Below are positions 1 to 12,453 of a DNA stretch of 64,000 bases, piece after piece (the stretch's first letter is position 1; each line of letters opens with the position of its first letter). The translations under genes and the position numbers were made by a program. Below the pieces are notes generated by a model that was given only the letters and a program-made list of their open reading frames with translations, searched no databases and was not told the origin of the DNA. The stretch comes from the human T2T-CHM13v2.0 reference genome, Homo sapiens. The stretch lies in NCBI RefSeq assembly GCF_009914755.1, contig NC_060939.1, one strand, 5' to 3'.

Positions 1-44
1 GAATGTGTAGATTGTCTACATAAGGAATAAAGAATAATATAATG

Positions 45-343
45 GGCTGGGCACGGTTATGCCTGTAACCCTAGCACTTTGAGAGGCTGAGGTGGGCAGA
101 TAACCTGAGGTCAAGAGTTCGAGACCAGCCTCGCCAACATGGTAAAACCCTGTCTCTCCTGAAAATACAAAAAATTAGCTGGGTGTGGTGGCATGTTCCT
201 GTAGTCCCAGCTACTCTGGAGGTTGAGGCAAGAGAGTCACTTGAACCTGGGGGGCAGAGGTTGCAGCGAGCCAAGACTGCACCACTGTACTCCAGCCTGG
301 ACGACAGAGTGAGACTCCATCTCAAAAAAAAAAAAAAAAAAAA
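45..343 (+). mobile_element. Alu (AluS-type), full length
   Basis: GGCTGGGCACGG start, dimeric Alu body, poly-A tail; 15-bp TSD AAGAATAATATAATG (30-44) / AAGAAGAATATAATG (342-356). Confidence 0.97.
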
Positions 344-899
344 GAAGAATATAATGAACCCTCATCTACCCACCTCTCAGCAAAATAAATAGAACATCAT
401 TAAGTCTTTGAAGAACCTTTGAAGTCTTTCTGATTTCATTCTTTTTCTTCTCTTGCAGAAGTAAGCAATATCTTGAACTGTTTATCATTTTTTTGCATTT
501 CAGGAATATGTATATGTGTGCAGGCAGTTTTTCAAAGTCACACACACATTTCAACACACCTTCCTTTCCATCTCAGGCTGTTCTAGTGAGGATCTTTGCC
601 ATAATAAGCCACTGTTACCCTGGCAATGTATGGAATGCCCCAGAGTTTGAGGGTTTGAAAATTGTTAAGCTTTGGCTTCGAATCCCTTTGGAATAAGAAG
701 TACTGAAGTCTGTTTGCAGGCTTTCTATTCTATCTTGTGGTTATGTTTATTTCTCCATTAGAGCCCACCTTGATGGTTGTGGTTTGGGGTTAGCTTTGTT
801 TTAATATCTATCTAGTAGTGCACCGTGACCTCTCCCACACACAATGTTTAAACTACTATCACCTCTTCATTTTCCAAGAAAAACTTCGTATTCATACTA

Positions 900-1200
900 T
901 CAAGCCTCTCAAAAAGTCATCTGAGGGTTTTGATTCAAAGTATGTTACATTTATATGTTAATTTGGAAGAGTTTTTATATTTGTGATACTGAATCTTCCT
1001 AATCAAGAACTCAGTATTTGTTAAAATTTTATTTCCCTCAGTCGAGTTCATAGCTTTCTCAGTAGGTCCTGCTTGCTCCTAGTAAGTTTGTCTGTATGTC
1101 TATATTAACTTTTAATAGTATGATTTAAAAAGTCTTCTTTTACATTTTGTTTTCTACAAAGGAAATCTATTGATTTCTCTATCATTGCTTTTGAAGCCAG
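900..1200 (-). mobile_element. Old L1M fragment (ORF2 region)
   Basis: T-rich; TTAATTTGGAAGAG...ATACTGAATCTTCCTAATCAAGAAC resembles antisense L1 ORF2, also seen at ~41190 and ~56820. Confidence 0.55.
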
Positions 1201-1449
1201 TCAGAAGGTGTCCATTTGAAAATATTCAGATAGACCTACCTAGTTCATAGAACAGGTGAGTATCAAATGAGAATAAGCAAAAGCTCTTTTAAACTGCAAA
1301 GTAATATATGAATGTGACCTACCCTTGTATTGTAGTTTTAAATTGGTGCCCAAGTCCTTACCCAGTTGTATTTGCCACAGCTATGCCATGCCATGCTCTG
1401 GCAATAAATTAACCTTGTAAGAAGCAGAAGTTTATTTCTTGCACCTGTA

Positions 1450-1720
1450 AGGCCCAGCAAGAGTGGTCAATAGTTCTTCTCCACGTGGTGACTCAAGGAT
1501 CCAGGAGACGTCCATTTTGCCCCAGGTCACTGTAACACAGAAAGAGAGGGATGGAGGACACACACTGCCTCCTACTGCTTGTCCTGGAAGTAAAACCCAT
1601 CTTTGGTGCTCACAGTCCATTGGTCAGAATTAGTCACATGACCTGGCCTCATAACAAGGGAGGCTGGGAAATCTGGAGTGCTCACAGAGAGGGTAGGTGA
1701 GTACTGCTTCCACCACACCA
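1450..1720. mobile_element. Old MLT1 (ERVL-MaLR) LTR fragment
   Basis: CCATTGGTCAGAATTAGTCACATGACC...AAGGGAGGCTGGGAAAT, typical of MLT1J/K-type LTRs. Confidence 0.6.
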
Positions 1721-3080
1721 GCACAGTCATAAAGGCTGATGTGTGTGGTCTGGCACTTTCACCGAGAAGTTTCAGCCACAGAGGATGGGCCTTGCAGCTG
1801 CTGACAATGTGTGGGAAAGTGTGCTGAACCCAAACAAGCTCTTGGGTTCATGGCCGATTTCCTGGATTTCTCATTCACACCTTTTGTTCTTTCTGACTGG
1901 GCTTCTCTGTGTAAACATCCTCACTCACTCAATTCTTTGGCTTAGTCGTCACTTCTAATTCCTCATGGGGCCCTGGGTGACTTCTGAGGGAGCATCTTAC
2001 CAGGCTTTCCTTGGGCCCAGTGGGGAGTCTGCTGGAAGAGAGCACCTCCAGCTCCTGGGGAGAGCAGAGGAACCCAGTGTCAGGACTCAGTCTTTTGGCT
2101 GCAAGCAACAGAAACCCACTCAAATTGACTTCTGTCTTCTCTCACACCCCATATCCAATTGCCAGGAAACCCTGTTGATCTTTCTGGAACTGCCGCTTCT
2201 CATCAGGTTTGCTGCCCTCACCTTTGTCTAAGCACCATCAATTCACATCTGAATGATGTGCGCTCTCAGGCAGCCTCCCTGTTTCTCCCCGTATTCCAGC
2301 CTCGAGAAAGCGGCCAGTGATGGTTTCATAGTGGAAGTCAGGTAGTGCATTCTTCTGCCCACGCCCTCCAGTGGCTGTCCTGGCCTGAGCCCCCCATACT
2401 TCCCCCGCCTTTTTTCCCATGGCTCTGGCCTTCACTCAGTCTCTGTTCCAGCCCCAGTCTCGTTGCTGTTCCTCAAACCTTCTGGGAGGGGCGTGGGAAA
2501 AAGGTGATTTCTGCTGGCCAGTGTGTACAGGCCCAGGACCGCTGCAGCTCCCCATGGACCCCACGCCAGGGCCTGTCCCCACCACAGGGGACACGCAGCA
2601 GGCTGGAAACACTCCCCTCCCTTTGACACCTGGGGGAAATCGGAACAGATTGTAAACTCCATTGATTCCTAAGAAGGGAGGGGACGAAGGGATTTTTTTA
2701 CTCCTATGACTGTTTGTAAGCAGATATCCCATTACATGACTAGAGTAAGGCCTCAGCACATTTTGAAAACTATAAGAAGCATATGTTGCTATAGATTCAA
2801 CCATATTCACTGATCATGTAGTGGGCCCAAATGTTGTGCCTGAGGTTCTCATGTTCCCAAATCCTCCTCACAGCTCTGTGAACCGGGCCTGGTGGAAGTC
2901 TTCCTTGAACCTCAGAGGAGCGGTGGGGCCTGCCATAGCCATTTGGCTGGCAGAAGGGGGGAAGCCATGCTGTGAGCCAAGGTCTCTCATTTATTATTCC
3001 ATGTGATGGGCGCTGAGCTGGAGCTGGGGACGCCTACCCCTGAAGAAGACAAGATTCCCCAAGCCTGGAACCCATGAGAG

Positions 3081-3250
3081 CAGCAGATCTAGTGTGGGGC
3101 CCCAGGATCACCTGCATGAAGATCACCTGGTATGTTTATGAAAATGTTCATTCCTGGGCCCCAGATTGGAATCTTGGTCGTGGAACCAGGTGACCTGCTG
3201 TTTATCATGCTGCAGGTGATTTTGTGCACACTGGCATTTGAGAACTTTTG
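3081..3250. mobile_element. MER5-type hAT-Charlie DNA transposon relic
   Basis: GATCACCTGG...TTCCTGGGCCCC...CAGGTGATTTTG...TTTGAGAAC pattern. Confidence 0.7.
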
Positions 3251-3289
3251 GGACTCTTGTGGGAGAGACTGGCTGGTTGACAAAGGATT

Positions 3290-4130
3290 ACAATAGGAAG
3301 TGATAAATCCAATGTGGATGAGGTTCCAACCTGCTCTGGGAGAAGACATGAAGGAGTGGGGTGACTCAGGCTGATGTCACAGAAGTCGATGTTGGAGTTG
3401 GGCCTCAGAGGATGAATAAGGGTTCATGGGCTAGAGGACTAGAAGAAGAGTGTTCCAAAAGGGAGGGACGTAGTGGTGAAAAGTACAATGGTAGGAAACA
3501 GCATTACCTGGTGTGGGATAGAAAGTGGCTTGGTGTGGTTGAGGCAGGAGGTGAAGGGCATGGATGTTTAGAGGATGGTGCAGGCTGGCCAGGGGAAGTC
3601 AAGCCAAATAGGCAGAGGCCAGACTATGCATGTCCAAACAGTGTACCATCGGGTGGTACAGGCTCTCAAGCTGTCCTGGGGCTCTGGAGGCAGAGAGGAG
3701 GTTGGATGGGACGGAAAGAACCCACCAGAGCGGAGCCAAGAGCAAAGGCCATCATCACGCTAAGGGCAAGGCCAAGTGCAGGCCTGATGGGAGGTTCTCT
3801 GCGTGGAAAGATGCGGCAGGGCTCAAGGGAAATAGGGAGACAGAAGCCAGGGGCCTCAGAGAGGACAAGCTATGAGGAGTCAACATCTCTGGCTGAGGCA
3901 ACTGAAAGTGGTGATGCTGTTATCCTGGCCAGAGACAGCGCAGGGGAACTTGGGAGAGAGGTCAGCTAAAGATAATCAGAGAATCCTACTTTGGGAGGGA
4001 GTCCCAGGAGGAAGCTGGGCATGCCGATAGGGAATAAAGAAGCAGCCAGGAGGTCTTTATTGAGCAGCTGTTTGTGCCCAGGCTGCGGCTCGCCGGCTAT
4101 GGGCACTCTTGAAATCTTGGGAGCCCAGCT
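3290..4130 (-). mobile_element. L2 fragments
   Basis: Purine-rich antisense L2-like sequence; TTTATTGAGCAGCTGTTTGTGCCCAGG tail motif near 4056. Confidence 0.55.
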
Positions 4131-4818
4131 GTGTGGGAGGGAAGAGGGGGACTCATGGTTGTGATGAGCTAACCTCATCACAGGAATCCCTCTGCCATCT
4201 TTAATGGAGATAAAATGTCAATGTGAAGGGCCCTCCGTGCCTTCCCAGTGCTAAGGCTCACACAGACCATGGAGCCCAGCGACCTGGAGCAGCTGTCGTA
4301 GGTGCACCCTTTGCACACCTCCATGTCAGGAGAAGTTCTCTTCGCGCTGCTGCTCTTCTGGAGTGGAGTCTGCGGACCTTGAAGTGGACCAGGCAGCCAC
4401 AGAAAGGGAGTCGGGCTACGGAAATGTCTGCTCACTCCCATTTATCTTGCAAGTGCTGGGAAGGCTCTGGCCGGCCCTCAGTTCTTGGCGACAGGGTGAA
4501 TGAGGAAGGGGAGGGCCGGCACCTTCTGGGCAGCAGATAAGTAAGGTGCTAGAGCCATGGCCCTGCCAGGGTGAGCGGCCACCCAGCTTCATCCCCAGAG
4601 CTTGTTGGTGACTGGGGCTTTCAGAGCTGAGCTGGCAAGAGTTCTGGGGAGCCCTGTGGAGGCCCCCACTCAATCTCCTCACCAGAGATGTAGCGGAGAT
4701 CCCCGCCTTCTCTGGAGGTGGGTGAAGGTCCCTTCATTCAAAAGTGACCTTCCTAGGCCAGGCAGTGTCTGAGGGCCTCATAACGCTGGCCACTCCACCA
4801 TATGCCTTCCACACTGGG

Positions 4819-5286
4819 TGCTCACCCTGTCCATATGCTACCAATGCTCACCCTGTCCATGCGCTACCAATGCTCACCCTGTCCATGCGCTACCAATGCT
4901 CACCCTGTCCATGCGCTACCAATGCTCACCCTGTCCATGCGCTACCAATGCTCACCCTGTCCATGCGCTACCAATGCTCACCCTGTCCATGCGCTACCAA
5001 TGCTCACCCTGTCCATGCGCTACCAATGCTCACCCTGTCCATGCGCTACCAATGCTCACCCTGTCCATGCGCTACCAATGCTCACCCTGTCCATGCGCTA
5101 CCAATGCTCACCCTGTCCATGCGCTACCAATGCTCACCCTGTCCATGTGCTACCAATGCTCACCCTGTCCATGTGCTACCAATGCTCACCCTGTCCATGT
5201 GCTACCAATGCTCACCCTGTCCATGTGCTACCAATGCTCACCCTGTCCATGTGCTACCAATGCTCACCCTGTCCATGTGCTACCAA
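4819..5286. repeat. Minisatellite/VNTR, 26-bp unit CCAATGCTCACCCTGTCCATG[C/T]GCTA, ~18 copies
   Basis: Exact 26-bp period: units start at 4841, 4867 ... 5257; 11 GCGC units, then 6 GTGC units, plus a partial first unit. Confidence 0.99.
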
Positions 5287-5347
5287 CCACAGAGAGACCC
5301 CCACCCGTGCCAGCTGACCCAGGGCTCTGTGACGTCTTCTTTGGACC

Positions 5348-5798
5348 TGTGGACAGGCTCTGCCCCTAAAACTGAAGTTGAAGTCTTAATGCTTTAGTAC
5401 TTTAGAACTTGCCCTAATTGTTTGGAAATAGAGTCATTGAAGATGCAATTAGTTAAATTAGGAAAAGGCCATACTGGAATAGAGTGGGCCTCTAATCCAA
5501 TATGACTGGTGAACTTATAAAGATGAGAAACTTGGATACAGACACGCACACAGGAAGAATGCCAAGTGAAGATGAAGGCGGGGGTCTACCAGACGAGGAA
5601 CACCAAAGATAGCCAGCAACCCACCAGGAGAGAGACAGGCCTGGGACGGATTCTCCCTTATGGCCCCTAGAAGGAACCAGCCCTGCTGACACCCTGATCT
5701 CAGACTTGCAGCTTCCAGAACCGTGAGATGATAAACATCCTTTGTTTAAGCCACCCTGTCTATGGTATTTGTTCTGGCAGCCCCAGGAAACTAAAGCA
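5348..5798 (+). mobile_element. MLT1C-like solo LTR (ERVL-MaLR)
   Basis: TTTGGAAATAGAGTC...AATCCAATATGACTGG...CCAGAACCGTGAGATGATAAA...TTTAAGCCACCC...GGCAGCCCCAGGAAACTAA. Confidence 0.9.
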
Positions 5799-6024
5799 AG
5801 CTCCATTATGCGTGACACAAGCAGAATGTCTAAGAGCCCTGAGCCTCCAGGAGGCAAGAAGGGAGTTTCTTGTTGATCCGCTGAGAAGGGTGAGGCTGCT
5901 GCCTTTTGTGATAGGAACATGCCAGGAGACCTGTTTGGAGGCTGCCACAAGAATGCAAGCAATAGAGAGGTTGGTGTTTGGATTGGCTGGTGGCAATGAG
6001 GATCAAGAGAAACGGGTGGACTGG

Positions 6025-6677
6025 GAAGAATGCTCAGCATCGCTAATCACCAGGAAACACAAACCAAAACCTCAAAGTGATAGCATCTCACACCTGTCAA
6101 GATAGCTATTACCAAAGCCCAAAAGATACGTGTTGACAAGGGTGTGGAGAATTTAGAACCCTCACACACTGGGTAGGAATGCAAAATGGTGCAGCCACTC
6201 TGGAAAACAGTATGGAGATTCCTCAAAAAAGTAAAAATGGACCTATTATGATCCAACAATCCCACTACTGGGTATTTGTTCTAAAGAACTGAAATCAGGA
6301 TCTTGAAGAGACGTCTGCGCTCCTCTGCCATTGCAGCATGAGTCACACTAGCAAAGATGTGGAAACAACCTAAGTGTCTTCAAAGAATAAATAGATAAAG
6401 AAAATGTGGTATAGACACATGAGGGAATATTATTCAGTCTTGAAAAAGCTGAAAATACTGCTGTCTGCAACAACATAAATGAACCTGGAAGACATTATGC
6501 TAAGTGAAATGAACAAGTCACAGAAGGACAAATATTTCATGATTTTACATCTGAGATATTGAAAATAGTGAAACTCATAGAAGCAGAGAGTAGAATGGTG
6601 ATTTCCAGGGGCCAGAGCAGGGGGAAATGGGGATTTGCTAATCAATAACAAAGAGTTTCAGTAAACCAAGATGATTA
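6025..6677 (+). mobile_element. L1MA/L1MB 3' fragment (ORF2 end and 3'UTR)
   Basis: GCAGCCACTCTGGAAAACAGTATGGAG, ATGAACCTGGAAGACATTATGCTAAGTGAAAT; appears to continue briefly after the Alu (~6967-7030). Confidence 0.9.
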
Positions 6678-6966
<289 letters not shown>

Positions 6967-7039
6967 TATACATGGTATTTTAAAAGTGCAGGTCACATAT
7001 TTATTATTCTTATTGCAAAAAAATACATTTATAAGAAGA

Positions 7040-7975
7040 TCTGTGTAGAGGAACTAACTTTGGCCAAGCCATGGAGGTAAGCCAGATGGATGAGCCATTT
7101 ATGGAGATGCGAAAATACCGGAGGCAGATTAGGTTGGAGGGGAAGATCAAGAGTTAAGATTTTGGCTACACTGAGTTTGAGGTGCCAGTGAGATATTAAA
7201 GGACATTAGTCCATTGGGCAGTTAGTGAGATCAGACTGGAAGGTCCAAGGAGAAGTCTGGGGCAGACACATCATGACAGGTCATCAGAGGATGGGGATAG
7301 TCACAGCCATGGAGCAGCTGGGAAGGGTCAGGAAACTGCTAATGGACAGAGCCCAGCAGGGGATGAGGAGAACAAGGTCCAAGCCTGAAGGGATGCCAGC
7401 ATTGGCCAGAAGGATAGAGAGGCCCAGGCCAGTAAAGGAGACCAGGACAGCGTAGTAGCCAGAGGGGTGGGAGGAAAACCAGGCAGGGGCTGGGCTGGAG
7501 AGTGTCTCAGAGAGACCACAGGGTGGACTGTGTAGAATTCTGCTGAGAAGTTGAGTTGGCTGAAAGCAGAAATGTGCCAGGGGGAGTTAGTGGTTCCAAC
7601 CACTGGTGACATGAGTAAGAGCGACATTGATGGAGGGGTGGAGGCAGGGTCCAGGGCAGTGAGCTGAGGTGTTGGAGGGAGAAGAGGGCCTGAGATGCAG
7701 AGGGTGGGCACATCACTCCAGTAGACCACTGGTTTTGCTTCAACTTTTCTTGCCCAGATCAGTAAACATTCAACAGTTACTCCACAAACACGAATGGGAC
7801 ACACACCATTTCTTGATTGCTGTGTTGGCCCAGGAGATCACTATTATTCCCTGCTTTAGGGAGCTTCCAGACAAGTGGGGAAATCAGAAATGGAGACAGA
7901 TGATTACAGTATTGGAGAAGGAGTGAGGAAGGAGTAGAGAGGGGCTGACCACATTCACCTTGGAAGATGTGTAAG
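7040..7975 (-). mobile_element. L2 fragments
   Basis: GAGTTTGAGGTGCCAGTGAGATAT, GTCATCAG...AGCCATGG (antisense of the L2 RT YADD region). Confidence 0.7.
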
Positions 7976-8436
7976 GAACCTTTATTCTTATCAGCAGAAT
8001 AAGGGTTTTTAAGGCAGAGAAAGGGAAGCAAGAGCCAAAGAGGTGGTTCAGTATCCACTTTTCCCTGAGGAGCCCCAGCAAGTTATGGGAAACTCTATTC
8101 TTCCTCTAGATGTGGCTCAATACCCATTTATATTAAAGGCTGTGACAAAGCTTACAGTAAACATAAGCATTTAAGTTTTTTAACTCAGCATTTTCCAAAT
8201 ATGATCAAGACTCTTTCTTTTAGGGCACATTTGGGAAAGTCTGGGGGCATGTGGTAAGAAGTCATTGCAGGCTTTAAGCCCTCTAGAAAGGTCACTGTAA
8301 CAGCTGTGTCTAGGCCAGATGGGAGGAGAGGAAGATGAAGAGTGCAGAGCTGGATATGGCAAGATTGACATAGGGGCAGACTCTAGAGAATTTAGGAGAA
8401 AGAATCACTAAAAGTAGGTGACCTGACCCAGTAGGA

Positions 8437-8490
8437 GTGTGTGCATGTGTGTGTGTGTGTATGCACACAAAGTTTTGTGTATGTGTGTGT
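8437..8490. repeat. Imperfect (TG)n microsatellite
   Basis: Interrupted GTGT runs grading into the GGT array. Confidence 0.85.
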
Positions 8491-10075
8491 GGTGTTGGAG
8501 GTGGAGGTGGAGGTGGTGGTGAAGACTGTGGAGGTGATGGAGGTGGAGGTGGTGTTGGTGGTGGTGGTGGTGGTGATGGAAGCTAGAGGTGACAATGATG
8601 GTGATGGTGGTGGAAGAGAAGCTAGAGGCGAAGATGAGGCAGTGGAGGTGATAGTGGTGGAAGAGAAGCTAGAGGCGAAGATGAGGCAGTGGAGGTGATG
8701 ATAGTGTTGATGTTGTTAGTGGTAGAGATGGAGGTAAAAGTAGTGTAGGTGGAGATGGTGGTGGTAGAAATGGAGGTGAAGGTGGAGATTATGATGGTGT
8801 TTATATTGGAGGTGGTGGTGGAAGTTGTGATGGGGGTGGTGGAGGTGGAAGTGGAAGTGGAGGTCATGGTGGAGATGGAGGTGGAGGTCATGGTGGAGGT
8901 GGAGGTCATGGTGGAGGTGGAGGTCATGGTGGAGGTGGAGGTGGAGGTCATGATGGAGGTGGAGGTCATGGTGGAGGTGGAGGTCATGGTGGAGGTGGAG
9001 GTCATGGTGGAGGTGGAGGTGGAGGTCATGGTGGAGGTGGAGGTCATGGTGGAGGTGGAGGTCATGGTGGAGGTGGAGGTCATGGTGGAGGTGGAGGTGG
9101 AAGTGGAGGTCATGGTGGAGGTGGAGGTGGTGGTGGAGGTCATGGTGGAGGTGGTGGTGGAGGTCATGATGGAGGTGGAGGTGGAGGTGGAGATGATGAT
9201 GGTGTTTATATTGGTGGTGGTGGTGGTGGCAGATGTAAAGGAGGTAAAAGTGGTGATGATGGTGGAGGTGGAAGTGGAGGTCATGGTGGTGGAGGTGGAA
9301 GTGGAGGTCATGGTGGAGGTGGAGGTCATGGTGGAGGTGGAGGTCATGGTGGAGGTGGAGGTCATGGTGGTGGTGGAGGTGGAGGTCATGGTGGAGGTGG
9401 AGGTGGAGGTCATGGTGGAGGTGGAGGTGGTGGTGGAGGTCATGGTGGAGGTGGAGGTCATGGTGGAGGGGGAGGTCATGGTGGAGGGGGAGGTCATGGT
9501 GGAGGTGGAGGTGGTGGTGGAGGTGGTGGTGGAGGTGGAGGTCATGGTGGAGGTGGAGGTCATGGTGGAGGGGGAGGTCATGGTGGAGGTGGAGGTGGAG
9601 GTCATGGTGGAGGTGGAGGTCATGGTGGTGGTGGAGGTGGAGGTCATGGTGGAGGTGGAGGTCATGGTGGAGGTGGAGGTGGAGGTCATGGTGGAGGTGG
9701 AGGTCATGGTGGAGGTGGAGGTCATGGTGGAGGTGGAGGTCATGGTGGAGGTGGAGGTGGTGGTGGAGGTCATGGTGGAGGTGGAGGTGGTGGTGGAGGT
9801 GGAGGTCATGGTGGAGGTGGAGGTCATGATGGAGGTGGAGGTGGAAGTGGAGGTCATGATGGAGGTGGAGGTGGTGGTGGAGATGATGATGGTGTTTATA
9901 TTGGTGGTGGTGGTGGTGGCAGATGTAAAGGAGGTAAAAGTGGTGATGATGGTGGAGGTGGAGGTGGTGGGTGTGGGGATGGGGGTGGAAATGGGGGTGA
10001 AGGTGGAGGTTGAGGTCATGGAGGTGTTCGTAGAGGTGATGGTAGAGTGGTCATAGGGGAGGTGGTGATGATGAG
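8490..10075. repeat. G-rich (GGT/GGA)n array; core is an 18-bp minisatellite GAGGTCATGGTGGAGGTG with 3-nt-multiple length variants
   Basis: Read directly; core ~8860-9870; 47-bp tandem duplication at ~8607-8700; ~80-bp spacer identical at 9191 and 9881. Confidence 0.98.
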
Positions 10076-10139
10076 TGCAGGACATAGTAGGAATTTCTGA
10101 TTCGTGTCTGCATGGATTCATCATGATAGAGAATGTAGA

Positions 10140-10370
10140 ATGATGGTAGGTTTGAGACCAGGATGGATGTTAAAAAATAGCTCATTTGGACATGCTGAGT
10201 TTGATCGCAGAACAGACACAGGATGTCCTGAAGAACTACCATGTAGGAACTGAGGCTCAGGGGAGGGTTCTGGGCTGGAAACACGGACTTGGGAGTCAAC
10301 AGCCACAGAAATGGACGGAACCCCTGGAAAAGTGAGCAGAAGGAAAGACAGGTTGATGTCGGGCCCAGGT
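10140..10370 (-). mobile_element. L2 fragment
   Basis: TTTGGACATGCTGAGTTTGA...GGGCTGGAAACACGGACTTGGGAGTCAACAGC. Confidence 0.7.
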
Positions 10371-10544
10371 TACGATGTGCTCTTTAAGCTCTAGTAGGAA
10401 GGGGCAGTTGTGCCTCTGAAGTGTTAAATCTATCGGAAAATTCCTGAGTATAAGATCCAGCGGTGCAGTTGCTCATGCTCTTGCGGGAAGGAGTGCCAAC
10501 CCAATTCCATCTGAACCAGGATCGGCCTACCCACTGCTATTCCT

Positions 10545-10635
10545 CACCGTGGTCATCACCGCCTCCTCCACAAGCACCATCACCACAAGCTCTACCATCT
10601 CCACCATTGCCGCCACCTCCACCTCCACCCCTACC
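10545..10635. repeat. (CCA/CCT)n low-complexity tract
   Basis: CACCATCACCAC...CCACCTCCACCTCCACCC; opposite orientation to the 8490-10075 array. Confidence 0.8.
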
Positions 10636-12108
10636 TGCCCTGTTGTCATGGACCTAAGGGATTAGGTGCATGCTTTCGTCCCAGTTGCTCATAAGCAGCC
10701 ACTTGGTGGAGAAAGATGTGTGTGCAATTTGGGAATGGCAGAACCTGTATCTTGGATCCCTTGACTGATCTTGGGTTGACAGTTAAGAGGGCTGGGCTTG
10801 TCTCTGCAGATGGCTGTGTTGCTTCCATGCTAACTGGGCTTGGGTTCGGATTATACGGTTTCCCTTCCTCAAAGCCCTTCAGGCTGCACTGCCCTCAGCA
10901 CGGCGTTAGTAGCTCTGGCACCTTGGGTTGTTAGATAAATGTTCCAGCAACTCGAATGCAGCCAAAGACCACAAGCTGCAGGATGCCTGGCACGTATCTG
11001 GCCTCTTCAAACTTTGATAAATGAAGTGCCCATGTCTCACCGTCAGGAGGGAAGGCTGGGGTTGTTGGGGGTGGGGTTCTGTGCATCTGGGTTTGCATAT
11101 GGCTTATGAGTGGCTTGTGATATACTTGGAGAGATCACAGGAAACAAGCCAGCAAGCACACAGACATTACAGCCATTGCGTTGAGGCTTTAATTACAGAA
11201 GGCAGAGTTTGTTTTAAGCTAAAGCAGTTGTGCTTGGCTCTAACTTGTGTGTGCAATGTCCAGGCTTCAGAAGAGCCAAACGTCTTGAAAATCCCTAGTA
11301 GGAAGACAGAGCTGAGGCACAGGTTGGGACTTACGTCATCCTACGGTAACAGGGAAAAGGCAAGAGCTTCAAGCGGTGCCTATGGGGTGGGGGGAGCTGC
11401 TTTGTCCAGGCTACTGCCAGCTCCTTCTTGATCCCCATTAGAGAAAAGACCTTCCCCAGACACCCCTTTCAGAGCCCCCTGTTCCAGATAAGTAGATATC
11501 CAGGGTGACTTGGACCCCTTCCATTCCTCCCTGAAGTGCATCCTCCACTGTCAGCTTTCACAATGGAGCTGCTGATTTGTCAAAGGCAAGGAGAGATGGT
11601 TGTTTGGTATTTATGTAGAAAACAAAAACAGGCCAACCAAACCCTCTAGTTTGCATGAGTGGTGTCCTCCTGGCCTTGCTGGTGCTGATGGGGTTTGGCC
11701 TGCTGAGGTTCTGTGCCTGCAGTGCTCGAAGGAGCAGGCGAAACTTTGCCAGACTCCATCCCCACCACACCCCGTAGGCCACAGCCGGAGGATCCTCTCT
11801 CCAGGCTCTGACGTCACTCGCCCCCAATGTCCAGCTCCCAGGCAGCTTGAGAATGTGCATAAGCCTGCATGTTGGGCCTGAAGCCCAGGGAAGCGGGTGG
11901 GGTCCCAACCAGACCACATTCTGGTCTCCCCTGAGGCCACTGGTGCCCACCCGGCCAGGCCCAGCCTTGCTCCATCTGAGGGCTGTGTGGGAGAAGCTGG
12001 AGTGGGCATGGCTGTGTGGGCCAGGGAATTTCTGGAATGGTCTCCAGAACTCCTGCATGGACAGAGACCTGACCCTCACCGGCAAATGGAAGCAAGATGA
12101 CCTTGTAG

Positions 12109-12453
<345 letters not shown>

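Noticed and set aside
71-392. Alu-derived ORFs here and at the other Alus
   Set aside because: Standard Alu translation products, not genes.
1162-1702. Consensus-like donors CAG|GTGAGT (1255) and TAG|GTGAGT (1696); also AAG|GTGAGT (17069)
   Set aside because: About the number expected by chance in 64 kb, and they lie in or beside old repeats.
3361-3969. 202-aa ORF
   Set aside because: Lies in purine-rich antisense L2-like sequence; non-ATG start; no recognisable domain.
4744-5397. Three overlapping Cys/His-rich ORFs (YQCSPCPCATNAHPVH...) resembling metal-binding repeats
   Set aside because: A stop-free 26-bp unit gives the same 26-aa cycle in all three frames, so this is a repeat artefact.
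8622-10124. 500-aa Thr/Ser/Met mucin-like ORF (minus) and overlapping 435-aa Val/Glu/Met ORF (plus)
   Set aside because: Both arise from a triplet-periodic GGT/GGA repeat that lacks stops. There is no signal peptide, no mucin domain or supporting exon, almost no Pro, and nearly single-codon usage.
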